From NCBI GenBank assembly GCA_013314735.1, contig JABUFD010000008.1, positions 1 through 64,000 of the forward strand: 64,000 bases of DNA, given 5' to 3'. A program made the position numbers and the translations under genes. This stretch comes from Anaerolineae bacterium. GTDB taxonomy: Bacteria > Chloroflexota > Anaerolineae > Anaerolineales > Anaerolineaceae. The notes under the pieces are model-generated. The model was not told the DNA's origin, ran no database searches, and saw only the letters and a list, made by a program, of their open reading frames with translations. This document shows positions 1-8,413 of this stretch, piece by piece (positions within the stretch are counted from its first letter, which is position 1; each line of letters opens with the position of its first letter).

Positions 1-666
1 ACCCCGCGCGACCACAACCTGCGTATTGACGGCCCCGGGCCGCTCTCCAAACTGGTGTCGCCGATCCTGTACGATGTCTACATCCGCACCGGCGCCGATG
101 GCACGGCCCTGGTGGAACTGATCGGCGAGGACGGGCGCCTGATCACCTCGGACAGCATTTACCGCGGCGCGGACCGCTACTTCCGCGCGCAGCAATACCT
201 CGAATTCACCATCCCCGGGGTGAGTGAGCTGGCGCGCCTGCAATTCACCGCGCGCGATGCCAACGGGCGCGTGACGGCAATGTCATCGGTGGATGTGGTG
301 CTGCTGGCAATGGGGGAGGATGTGCTCAACCCGGCCTATTTCCAGCTGGACCCTTACATTGTGTGGGAACCAAAGAAGGATGCCGTGATCAGCGGCGGCG
401 TGGCATGGGTCGATGGCCTGGCGTACCCGGTCAATGACCAGCCGGTGATCCTGGAATTGCTGGACGCCAATGGCGAGGTGATCGCTTCGCGCCTGATCGA
501 GCTGCCGGAGGTGAAGGAGGGGCACACCCACACCCGCTTCGATGTCGGCATTTCCTACACGGTCACCGGGCGCACCCCGGCCCTGCTGGTGATGCGCCAG
601 GAGAGCGCCAACCGCATTGCCGGCACGGTGTATTTATCCAGCGTCCCGGTGGTGCTGGAACCCTGA
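1..666 (+). CDS. hypothetical protein, 5' partial (reading frame open to window edge)
   Basis: Frame 1 has no stop from nt 1; the track ORF from M at 55 continues a frame already open at the window start. Uniform coding-like composition; no recognisable motifs. Confidence 0.45.
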   Translation, partial: TPRDHNLRIDGPGPLSKLVSPILYDVYIRTGADGTALVELIGEDGRLITSDSIYRGADRYFRAQQYLEFTIPGVSELARLQFTARDANGRVTAMSSVDVVLLAMGEDVLNPAYFQLDPYIVWEPKKDAVISGGVAWVDGLAYPVNDQPVILELLDANGEVIASRLIELPEVKEGHTHTRFDVGISYTVTGRTPALLVMRQESANRIAGTVYLSSVPVVLEP

Positions 667-702
667 CCCCGCTGCCATTGTTTTGGAATGGCTCCTGTCT
701 GT

Positions 703-951
703 GAAATCCGTGGTTTGTTTTTTCCCCACAGTTTTTTTATTTAACCGCGGTGCTTCGACCGGTCCCTGAGCCTGTCGAAGGGCAGCAACCGGCACCGATC
801 TCCACGGATTTTTTTCCTCTTTATCCGCGTCGATCCGTGTAATCCGTGGTTCCCTTTTTCCACACATTTTTTTTATTTAACCACGGATAGCGCAGATCTC
901 CACGGATTCTTTTCATTTCTTTATCCGCGCCGATCCGTGTAATCCGCGGTT
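703..951. repeat. intergenic imperfect tandem duplication (~135-bp unit, ~1.8 copies) with palindromic half-sites AATCCGTGG / CCACGGATT and T-rich tracts, upstream of the Crp/Fnr gene
   Basis: 703-749 approx equals 839-886 (aatccgtggtt..ttttttatttaacc[g/a]cgg). 796-838 approx equals 891-940 (gatctccacggatt..tttatccgcg[t/c]cgatccgtgt). A related copy lies at 49795-49860. Confidence 0.6.
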
Positions 952-1034
952 AATAAAATCTGTGCCGATTCGGGGGGCGGCTGGGTGGCGGGAGGCTTGC
1001 ATCGGCGGGGCGCCTCCACTACAATGGAAGGTGA

Positions 1035-1699
1035 TGGATACCGCAGCGGAATTGTTCCGATTGGCGCCGGAGTTCGCCGGCCTTTCTGACGCCACGCTGG
1101 CGCGCCTGGCGCAGGTGCTGCTGCCGTTGCACTGCAGCGCCGGGCAGATCGTGCAGCTGGAAGGCGAAGCCTGCCGCGGCATGTGCTGGGTGGCGCGGGG
1201 CGAGGTGACCGTGTTCCGCACTGCCGCTGACGGCCGCGAGCTGGTGATGGCGCGCCTGCACCGCGGCGGCGCCTTCAACATCGTACCGCCCTTCGAAGAC
1301 CCGCCCATGTGCCGCGCCTCGGTGCGCGCCGCTGCCGAAACCACCCTGTGGCGCCTGCCGCTGGAAGCGATCCCGCCCCTGCTGGCCGCTTGCCCTGATT
1401 TTTCCGCCGCCCTGCTGCGGCGCTTTGCCGCCCAGTTGGGTCACCTCAACCGCCTGGTGGAACAGATCGCCCTGCATTCGGTGCGCGGCCGCCTGGCGCG
1501 CTTCCTGCTCGACCTCGCCGACGGCGTCACACCCGCCCGTGAATACACCCAGGATGAGATCGCCGCCCACATCGGCACCGTGCGTGATATGGTGGGCCGC
1601 ATCCTGCGCAGCTTTGAAGATGCCGGCCTGATCCGCCGCGACCGCAGCCGCATTCTGCTGCGCAACCGCGCCGGGCTGGAGGCCGAAGCCCGTGAATGA
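1035..1699 (+). CDS. Crp/Fnr family transcriptional regulator (cNMP-binding domain + C-terminal HTH)
   Basis: N-terminal cNMP-binding-like region. C-terminal HTH RGRLARFLLDLA...YTQDEIAAHIGTVRDMVGRILRSFEDAGLI typical of the Crp/Fnr family. ATG at 1035 preceded by TACAAT and a GGAAGG RBS; the track ORF from 962 is probably too long. Confidence 0.8.
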
Positions 1700-1909
1700 C
1701 ACAGCAGCCGGGCGTGAATCAATGGAAAAGCACCCCTAAGTTACCCGGTGGGTGTACAATCAGCAGTATGAAGGCGCATCTGCGCTGATCACCTTGAGTG
1801 GTGGATTGGCTGCATCGTGGCAGCTGAATTAATTTGGTTTTCTTGCGACGTCACCAAATCTTCAAATCCAGCACAACTCCCGCAAATTCACAGACAAAGG
1901 AGACCTCAG

Positions 1910-4069
1910 ATGCAGGAATACGTCGGTAAAAGTATTGACCGTTATCGTATCATCGAACGCCAGGGAATGGGAGGGATGGCTGTGGTCTATCATGCCTATG
2001 ATACCCGCCTGGAACGGGATGTGGCTTTGAAGCTCATCCGGACCGAATCCATGGCGCCTGCATTAAAAGAGCAATTGCTCAAGCGGTTTGAACGCGAAGC
2101 CAAAGCCCAGGCGCGGTTTTCGCATCCCAACATCGTGCCGGTGTATGATTACGGCGAGATTGAGGATACGCCGTACCTGGTGATGGAGTATATCCCTGGC
2201 GGAACATTGAAGGAGCGGATTGGAACCCCAATGCCCTGGCGGGAGGCACTGGAGTGGGTCATCCCGGTGGCGGATGCACTTTGTTATGCCCACGAACGCG
2301 GCATCATTCACCGGGATATCAAACCCAGCAATGTGTTAATTGGAGAAAACAACAAACCTGTCCTGACCGATTTCGGGATTGCCAAGCTGCTGGAAACACA
2401 GGAAACAACCCAGTTGACCAGTACCGGGATGGGGGTGGGTACGCCGGAGTATATGGCGCCGGAACAATGGCATGGCAAATCGATGCCCCAAACCGATGTC
2501 TATGCACTGGCTGTGGTCCTGTACGAATTATTGACCGGCGTCAAACCGTATAAAGCGGATACACCGGCGGCTGTGGCGATTTTGCAAGCCACCGAACCAC
2601 TCCCACGCCCATCAAAATATGTTCCCGGCTTGCCGGAAGGCGTGGAGAAATTATTGTATAAAGGGCTGTCTCTCAATCCTGAGGATCGCTATCCCAGCAT
2701 GAAGGCTTTTTGGCAGGCACTGAAGGAACTGTTGTCGGCTGCGCCGACAGTGGCCCATCTGAATGCGTCAGAAGACAGGACAATATTGGCTTCAGCACAA
2801 ACCGGGATGGAATCGCCTACAGCACCGGCCATCTCCCCGGTTCCACTGGTGCCAGCAACCACCACCCAGTCGCTCGCCCCGGCTTCAATGCCGGCAGGGA
2901 AACGCAAAAGCAAGTTTCCTGCCTGGGTTGTCTTTGGCGGAGTGGGCCTGGTGATTGTGCTTGTAATGGTTGGATTGGCTGTCAGTTGGGTGGTTAAAGG
3001 AATGGATGGCAGCGGGCCATTGGCGATGCTGGCAACCAGCACCAGTGCGCCAACCACCAGGCCGACAAAGACAGCTTCACCGGAGGTTGCGGAGGACAAT
3101 GGGGAACCGGTGGTGGAGGAAGAAGAGCCGTCGTCGGCAGCAGAAGAGCCATTCAATATCGGGCTGGTGACGGATGTCGGTGTGGTGAATGATCAATCCT
3201 TCAACCAGAATGCATGGGATGGAGTGCGGATGATTGCGGCAGAACTTGATGCCCATGCTGAGTATCTCGAAACCCAGAATGCCAAAGATTATACCGCCAA
3301 CATCAGGTACTTTGCTGACAATGGGTATGATGTGATTGTTACGGTGGGTTTTAACATGGGGGAGGCCACCCTCGAAGCGGCACTTCAATACCCCGAAATT
3401 ATTTTCATCGGTGTGGACCAGTACCAGACCAACCCGGTGGGCAACCTTGCCGGATTGATGTTCTCGGAATGGGAAGCGGGTTTCCAGGCGGGAGCCCTGG
3501 CAGCGATGCTGACTGAGAGCCAGCTGCTTGCGGGAGTGTACGGCACCGACCTGGTTCCCCCCGTGGTGGCATTTGCCGAAGGCTACGAGGACGGCGCGCA
3601 TTATATTGATCCATCCATCAATGTGATCACCACCTTTCACCCCGGTGGATTTGACACCGGGTTTACCGACCCGGAATGGGGGGCTGCCACCGCCAGGCAG
3701 GCGATCGCACAGGGCGCTGATGTGGTTTTTGCCGCGGGCGGCAAAACCGGCAACGGCGCCTTGATCGAATCAGCCAATTACGAAGGCGTTTTCTGCATCG
3801 GGGTCGACGCGGACCAATGGGGAACCGTGCCCGAGGCGCGTCCGTGCCTGGTGTCTTCCGCATTAAAACGCATTGATCAAGGGGTGTACGACCTGATCAA
3901 AGCGGCCAGGTTTGGCACTTTCCCATCCGGAAACTTCTATGGCACGGTCGGCCTTGCACCGTTTCATAACTTTGAAGTCCGCATCTCGCAGGAAATCCGG
4001 GATACGCTCAGGCAGGTCGAATCCGACCTGCTGAATAATGCCATCCGCTATGAAGACTTCCACGAATGA
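1910..4069 (+). CDS. Ser/Thr protein kinase fused via one TM segment to a BMP/PnrA/Med-family (basic membrane protein, nucleoside-binding type) periplasmic binding domain
   Basis: Kinase motifs: VAVK-like lysine region, HRDIKPSNVL catalytic loop, DFGIAKL, GTPEYMAPE. Hydrophobic segment WVVFGGVGLVIVLVMVGLAVSWVV. C-terminal BMP-like motifs FNIGLVTDVG..NDQSFNQ..VGFNMGEA..IGVDQ..FAAGGKTGNG..IGVDADQ. ATG 1910 with AAAGGAGA RBS; the track ORF begins upstream at 1817. Confidence 0.8.
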   Translation: MQEYVGKSIDRYRIIERQGMGGMAVVYHAYDTRLERDVALKLIRTESMAPALKEQLLKRFEREAKAQARFSHPNIVPVYDYGEIEDTPYLVMEYIPGGTLKERIGTPMPWREALEWVIPVADALCYAHERGIIHRDIKPSNVLIGENNKPVLTDFGIAKLLETQETTQLTSTGMGVGTPEYMAPEQWHGKSMPQTDVYALAVVLYELLTGVKPYKADTPAAVAILQATEPLPRPSKYVPGLPEGVEKLLYKGLSLNPEDRYPSMKAFWQALKELLSAAPTVAHLNASEDRTILASAQTGMESPTAPAISPVPLVPATTTQSLAPASMPAGKRKSKFPAWVVFGGVGLVIVLVMVGLAVSWVVKGMDGSGPLAMLATSTSAPTTRPTKTASPEVAEDNGEPVVEEEEPSSAAEEPFNIGLVTDVGVVNDQSFNQNAWDGVRMIAAELDAHAEYLETQNAKDYTANIRYFADNGYDVIVTVGFNMGEATLEAALQYPEIIFIGVDQYQTNPVGNLAGLMFSEWEAGFQAGALAAMLTESQLLAGVYGTDLVPPVVAFAEGYEDGAHYIDPSINVITTFHPGGFDTGFTDPEWGAATARQAIAQGADVVFAAGGKTGNGALIESANYEGVFCIGVDADQWGTVPEARPCLVSSALKRIDQGVYDLIKAARFGTFPSGNFYGTVGLAPFHNFEVRISQEIRDTLRQVESDLLNNAIRYEDFHE

Positions 4070-4177
4070 TCCCTCCCAGGAGAAATCTTTTCCAGCACTG
4101 AGCGGACACAACTCGTCTGCCTGGTGTACCGCATGGCCCGGCAGCCGGGCGTGAACATGGAGGCCTCCGAACCATGA

Positions 4178-4183
4178 TATAAT
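4178..4183 (+). promoter_or_regulatory. candidate -10 hexamer TATAAT upstream of the NfeD-like gene
   Basis: TATAAT sits about 80 nt upstream of ATG 4266 in the intergenic region after the kinase-BMP gene. Confidence 0.3.
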
Positions 4184-4265
4184 TCCAGTGCAGAAGCCAC
4201 CGGTGAATTGGTTCACGAGGGGACAACGGCGCGGGCTGCTTTGCTATCCTGGAAGGAAGGCTTGT

Positions 4266-4925
4266 ATGACCACATTGGAGTATATCTACCTGGCATGCGC
4301 CATCGCGGGCGCCATTATTTTCATTGTGCGCATGGTGCTGATGTTCGCCGGCGGTTTCGGCGGCGATACTGACCTCGACCTGGATGCCGGCGCAGATGGC
4401 GCCGATCTGGGCGGGATGGAGATGGACCTCGACGGCGCGGATTTTGACGGCGCTGGTATCGAGGAACTGGACCTGGCGGAAGCCAACGGCGCTTCCGGCC
4501 TGGAAGATACCGACCTCAGCTTCCGCTTCCTCTCGGTGCAGGGCATCTCTTCCTTTATTATGATGTTCGGCATTGTCGGGCTGGCGATTGCCAAGGCCCC
4601 CATCCACCCGGTGTTCTCACTCTTTGCCGGAATCGGCGCGGGGCTGTTCACGGTGTGGGTCATCAGCCTGATCTTTGCTGCCGCCACCGGCCTGCAATCG
4701 GACGGGACGATGCACATGAAGTCCGCTGTGGGCGAGATCGGCAAGGTCTACCTGCGCATTCCGGCCGAAGATGCCGGCAAAGTGCAGGTGGTGGTGCAGG
4801 GCGCGCTGCGTGTGCTCGATGCCTTTTCAGCGGACGGCACCCCAATTCCCACCGGTGCCAATGTGAAAGTGGTTGATGTGCGCGACACCGCCCTGGTGGT
4901 GAAAGCGCTCCACCCGGAAGAATAA
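4266..4925 (+). CDS. NfeD-like (YuaF-type) membrane protein with acidic loop and C-terminal OB-fold
   Basis: N-terminal TM, D/E/G-rich low-complexity segment, further TMs, C-terminal beta-rich segment GKVYLRIPAEDAGKVQVVVQGALRVLDAF..ANVKVVDVRDTALVV typical of the short NfeD OB domain. Located upstream of a flotillin gene as in yuaF-floT operons. Start ATG 4266 with GGAAGG RBS. Confidence 0.7.
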   Translation: MTTLEYIYLACAIAGAIIFIVRMVLMFAGGFGGDTDLDLDAGADGADLGGMEMDLDGADFDGAGIEELDLAEANGASGLEDTDLSFRFLSVQGISSFIMMFGIVGLAIAKAPIHPVFSLFAGIGAGLFTVWVISLIFAAATGLQSDGTMHMKSAVGEIGKVYLRIPAEDAGKVQVVVQGALRVLDAFSADGTPIPTGANVKVVDVRDTALVVKALHPEE

Positions 4926-4969
4926 TCCGGCTCTCCGCTGCCGGGAATGAGAAACACATTGAGTTTGAG

Positions 4970-6559
4970 GTGCAAGTGAAACATTCATTACCGCTTCGTT
5001 CTGCCAACCTGTTGTACCTGGTTTCGCTGCTGTTGGTGGTCACCCTCGGTGCGTGGGTGCAGTCTGTCCATTTGTCCTGGGGGCTGATCGCCACCGAGGC
5101 GCTGTTGATCGCCCTGCCGGCGGTGTTGTTCCTGCGCGCGCGCGGCATCCCGCTGCGCGAGGGGCTGGGGCTGCGCCGCATTTCCCTCGCCACCGCCGTG
5201 CTGTGCCTGCTGCTGGGCGCGGCCATGTACCTGGTGGGAATCTTGATCGAAGGGGTGATGGCGCAGCTCAGTGGGCTGCCTTCCGTGCCGCTGGATGACA
5301 GCCTGCTGCCCAAAACTTCAGCGGAAATGGCGCTGTATTTCACCGCCCTGGCCATCAGCGCCCCGCTGGGCGAGGAAATCCTCTTCCGCGGCGCGCTGCA
5401 GGGCGCGTACCAAAGCCGCAAATCGGCGCGCTTTGCCATCACCCTCACCGCGCTGCTGTTCGCTTTCTATCACCTGCGCCTCACCGGCCTGCCGGCGCTG
5501 CTGCCGGTGGCGTTTGTGCTGTCCTTCGTCATGTTCCGCACGCGCTCGCTCTATGCCGGGATGCTGGTGCATTTTGCCAACAACGCCTTTGCCGCGGCGC
5601 AGACGATCACCTTTTTGTCCACTGGCAAGGGATTGCCGTTCCTCTCGCTGTGGTCCGCCCTGGCCGGGCTGGTGGTGGCGGCGGCGGCCCTGGTGCTGCT
5701 GGCGCGTATGCACCCCAAACCGGCGGCGGAACCGCAGGTTGAAGCCGCCTCCCCGGCCGAAACCCGGCCGCGGAAATCCTGGCTGGCCGTCTATTGGCCG
5801 CTGCTCGCGGCGGGGGTGGTGTACCTGGTATTCGCCGGGATGACCCTGGCGCAGGCGCTGATCCCCGGGCTGGTGCCGGTGACCGATGACAGCTACGGCA
5901 GTTCCTTCATCACCGCGCCGGTTGAAAACCGCTATCAGATCCGCAACCGCGGCGGCGAGGTGGTGGGTGAGATGACCTGCACCCTTTCGCCCAACGGGAT
6001 GTACACCCACCTGGCCTGCGACAGCGCCACGCGCGCCTACGAGGTGCGCGTGGACAACAGCACCTATATTGACGGTGGGCACAGCGATACCCTGCAGGTG
6101 AAATGGGAATCCAACGGGATGCAGCTGGTGCAATTTGAATTACAACGGACGCATGCCGATGGCGCCACGATGCGTTCCTACACCGAGGGTGACCGCCTGG
6201 TGACGGAGTTCACCGGCGAAACGCAATCGGTGGAAATTCCGCAATACGCCCTGTTGGAAATGGAATGGTTTTGGCGCGCCACGGTGCTCAAAGCCAACAC
6301 CGGGCAGGCGCTGAAACTGCCGTATGTGTCCTTGCTGGCCTGGGACCCCGAGCAGCAGCAAGCGATCCCCTCGGTGACCGATGAAGTGCTGCGCGTGGCC
6401 GCCGATGAAACCCTCCCCCTGGGCGGCACCGAGATGGTGGTGCGCAAACTGGTGCTGGGCGACCGAACCCTGTGGGTGGCGCGCGATGATGCCACCGCCG
6501 GCATCACCCGCCCGGCGCAGATGGATGACGGCATGATCACCTATACCCTGTTACCGTAA
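4970..6559 (+). CDS. CPBP family intramembrane glutamic endopeptidase (CAAX protease/Abi domain) with ~280-aa C-terminal soluble domain of unknown function
   Basis: Motifs EEILFRGALQ, FAFYHL, HFANN. Multiple TM helices in the first ~250 aa; C-terminal half has no recognisable motifs. GTG start at 4970 is uncertain. Confidence 0.7.
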   Translation: MQVKHSLPLRSANLLYLVSLLLVVTLGAWVQSVHLSWGLIATEALLIALPAVLFLRARGIPLREGLGLRRISLATAVLCLLLGAAMYLVGILIEGVMAQLSGLPSVPLDDSLLPKTSAEMALYFTALAISAPLGEEILFRGALQGAYQSRKSARFAITLTALLFAFYHLRLTGLPALLPVAFVLSFVMFRTRSLYAGMLVHFANNAFAAAQTITFLSTGKGLPFLSLWSALAGLVVAAAALVLLARMHPKPAAEPQVEAASPAETRPRKSWLAVYWPLLAAGVVYLVFAGMTLAQALIPGLVPVTDDSYGSSFITAPVENRYQIRNRGGEVVGEMTCTLSPNGMYTHLACDSATRAYEVRVDNSTYIDGGHSDTLQVKWESNGMQLVQFELQRTHADGATMRSYTEGDRLVTEFTGETQSVEIPQYALLEMEWFWRATVLKANTGQALKLPYVSLLAWDPEQQQAIPSVTDEVLRVAADETLPLGGTEMVVRKLVLGDRTLWVARDDATAGITRPAQMDDGMITYTLLP

Positions 6560-6643
6560 CCAACAGGATGCCGGGCAGCCTGCCCGCACCCTGACAAACC
6601 CGGCGGAACCCCGTTCCGCCCCATGTTGAGAAAGGAAATTTGA

Positions 6644-8050
6644 ATGGAAGGTTTATTGACAATCGCATTGGTCGCATTTATTGTGATCATCTTTTTCACC
6701 CTGCTGTTCCTGGCCAGCCGCTTCCGCCGCTGCCCCTCGGACAAGATCCTGGTGGTGTACGGCAAGGTGGAAAAAGGCCGTTCCAGCCGCTGTATGCACG
6801 GCGGCGGGGCTTTCATCTGGCCGCTGGTGCAGGATTACGCCTATATGAGCCTGACCCCGATGACGATCAGCATCCCGCTGGAAGGCGCGCTCTCGCTGCA
6901 GAACATCCGCATCAACGTGCCCAGCACCTTCACGGTCGGCATCAGCACCCAGCCGGAGATCATGATGAACGCCGCGGAACGGTTGCTGGGCATCAACCAG
7001 CAGGCGATCGAGGACATGGCCAAGGAGATCATCTTCGGCCAGCTGCGCCTCACCGTGGCTTCGCTGACGATCGAGCAGATCAACCAGGACCGCGAAAGCT
7101 TCCTGGATTCGATCCGCCAGAACGTGGAACCCGAACTGAACAAGATCGGCCTGTACCTGATCAACGTGAACATCACCGACATCACCGATTCCTCCAACTA
7201 CATCGACAGCATCGGCAAGAAAGCCGCCTCCGAAGCGGTCAACAAAGCCCGTGTGGATGTGGCTGAGCAGGAAAAACTGGGTGCGGTGGGTGAATCGCTG
7301 GCGGTGCGCGAAAAGGACATCAGCGTTGCCGAAAACGTGGCAGCTTCCGTCAACGGGCAGAAGAAAGCCGAAACCGAGCGGCGCGTGTACGTGCAGAACC
7401 GCGAAGCGGAAGCCGTGCAGGGCGAAAACCTGGCGAAAGCCAACATCGCCAAGGCCGAAGCCGAACTGGCAATCCAGCAGGCCGAAGCGCGCCAGCGCGC
7501 CGAGATCGCGCGGCGCAACGCCGAAGTGGAGATCCAGAAGGCGCAGTACCTGGCCGAACAGCAGCGCCTGCGCGCCGAGCAGATTGTGCAGCAGGAAATT
7601 GAGAAGCAGCAGGTGGAAATTTCCGCCGAAGCTGAAGCCGAACGTATCCGCCGCATCGCCAAGGGTGAAGCCGATGGCGTGCTGCTGAAGTACCAGGCCG
7701 AAGCCGAAGGCCTCAAGCGCCTGCTGGCGAGCAAGGCTGCCGGCTACAAGGAACTGGTGGCCGGCGCGGGCAATGATCCCCAGGCCGCCGCCACCCTGTT
7801 GCTGTTGGAAAAAATGGCCGACCTGGTCAAGTACCAGACCGAAGCGATCGGCAAATTGCAGATCGACAAGATCACGGTATGGGACAACGGCGGCAGCGGC
7901 GAAGGTTCCGCCACCTCGAACTTCATCGCCAACCTGTTCAAGAGCCTGCCGCCCCTGCACGAGATTTCGAAGATGGCCGGTGTGGAATTGCCCGCCTACC
8001 TCGGCAGCGTGGTGAGCGAAGGCGAAACCGAACCCGCCGAAGAAGCGTAG
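6644..8050 (+). CDS. flotillin-like protein (SPFH/Band 7 domain + EA-rich coiled-coil flotillin domain; FloT/YuaG-like)
   Basis: N-terminal TM, SPFH region, long E/A/Q/R-rich coiled coil (AEAELAIQQAEARQRAEIARRNAEVEIQKAQYLAEQQR). RBS GAAAGGAAA before ATG 6644. Confidence 0.85.
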   Translation: MEGLLTIALVAFIVIIFFTLLFLASRFRRCPSDKILVVYGKVEKGRSSRCMHGGGAFIWPLVQDYAYMSLTPMTISIPLEGALSLQNIRINVPSTFTVGISTQPEIMMNAAERLLGINQQAIEDMAKEIIFGQLRLTVASLTIEQINQDRESFLDSIRQNVEPELNKIGLYLINVNITDITDSSNYIDSIGKKAASEAVNKARVDVAEQEKLGAVGESLAVREKDISVAENVAASVNGQKKAETERRVYVQNREAEAVQGENLAKANIAKAEAELAIQQAEARQRAEIARRNAEVEIQKAQYLAEQQRLRAEQIVQQEIEKQQVEISAEAEAERIRRIAKGEADGVLLKYQAEAEGLKRLLASKAAGYKELVAGAGNDPQAAATLLLLEKMADLVKYQTEAIGKLQIDKITVWDNGGSGEGSATSNFIANLFKSLPPLHEISKMAGVELPAYLGSVVSEGETEPAEEA

Positions 8051-8085
8051 TTTTTAACGCTTGGCCCCTGTTACAGGGAACATTT

Positions 8086-8128
8086 CTGCCCGTGTTCGGC
8101 AATATCACGAACACGGGCAGTTTGTTTT
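8086..8128 (+). terminator. rho-independent terminator after the flotillin gene
   Basis: 13-bp stem ctgcccgtgttcg / cgaacacgggcag with a 9-nt loop, followed by TTTGTTTT. Confidence 0.6.
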
Positions 8129-8147
8129 CCCACCCCGGCCCTCCTTC

Positions 8148-8316
8148 CTCCGCCGCGGTGAAGGCACGGGAACCATTTTCACGCTGCCCCGCCTGCCCCA
8201 TCCCGGAGGTGGGTATGAAAGCAACATACACTGTTACTGCACTTCCCACCTCCGGGATGGAATGGATCGGCGAAACGCTGACCCGGTGAAGGGGAACGCC
8301 ACGCGGACAAACCGCC
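8148..8316 (+). repeat. R1 hairpin repeat, copy 1 (REPIN-like; inverted arms ccatcccggaggtggg / cccacctccgggatgg at 8198-8260)
   Basis: Near-identical to 11462-11628. The 5' module ggcacgggaacc[a/g]ttttcacgctgccccgcctgcccc is shared with 10636-10712 and 13275-13340. Confidence 0.75.
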
Positions 8317-8413
8317 ATTCCCCCCGCCCCCACAGCCCCCGGCATGGGCGGGTTCGGGTATAATCAAACCCAGGCGCACCCACCATTGTCCTGAACGGGG
8401 AGGAATACCCACC

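Noticed and set aside
6653-7960. 435-aa ORF on the minus strand antisense to the flotillin gene
   Set aside because: Low-complexity G/A/R-rich translation typical of antisense frames in high-GC DNA; the plus-strand flotillin call has clear family motifs, RBS and terminator.
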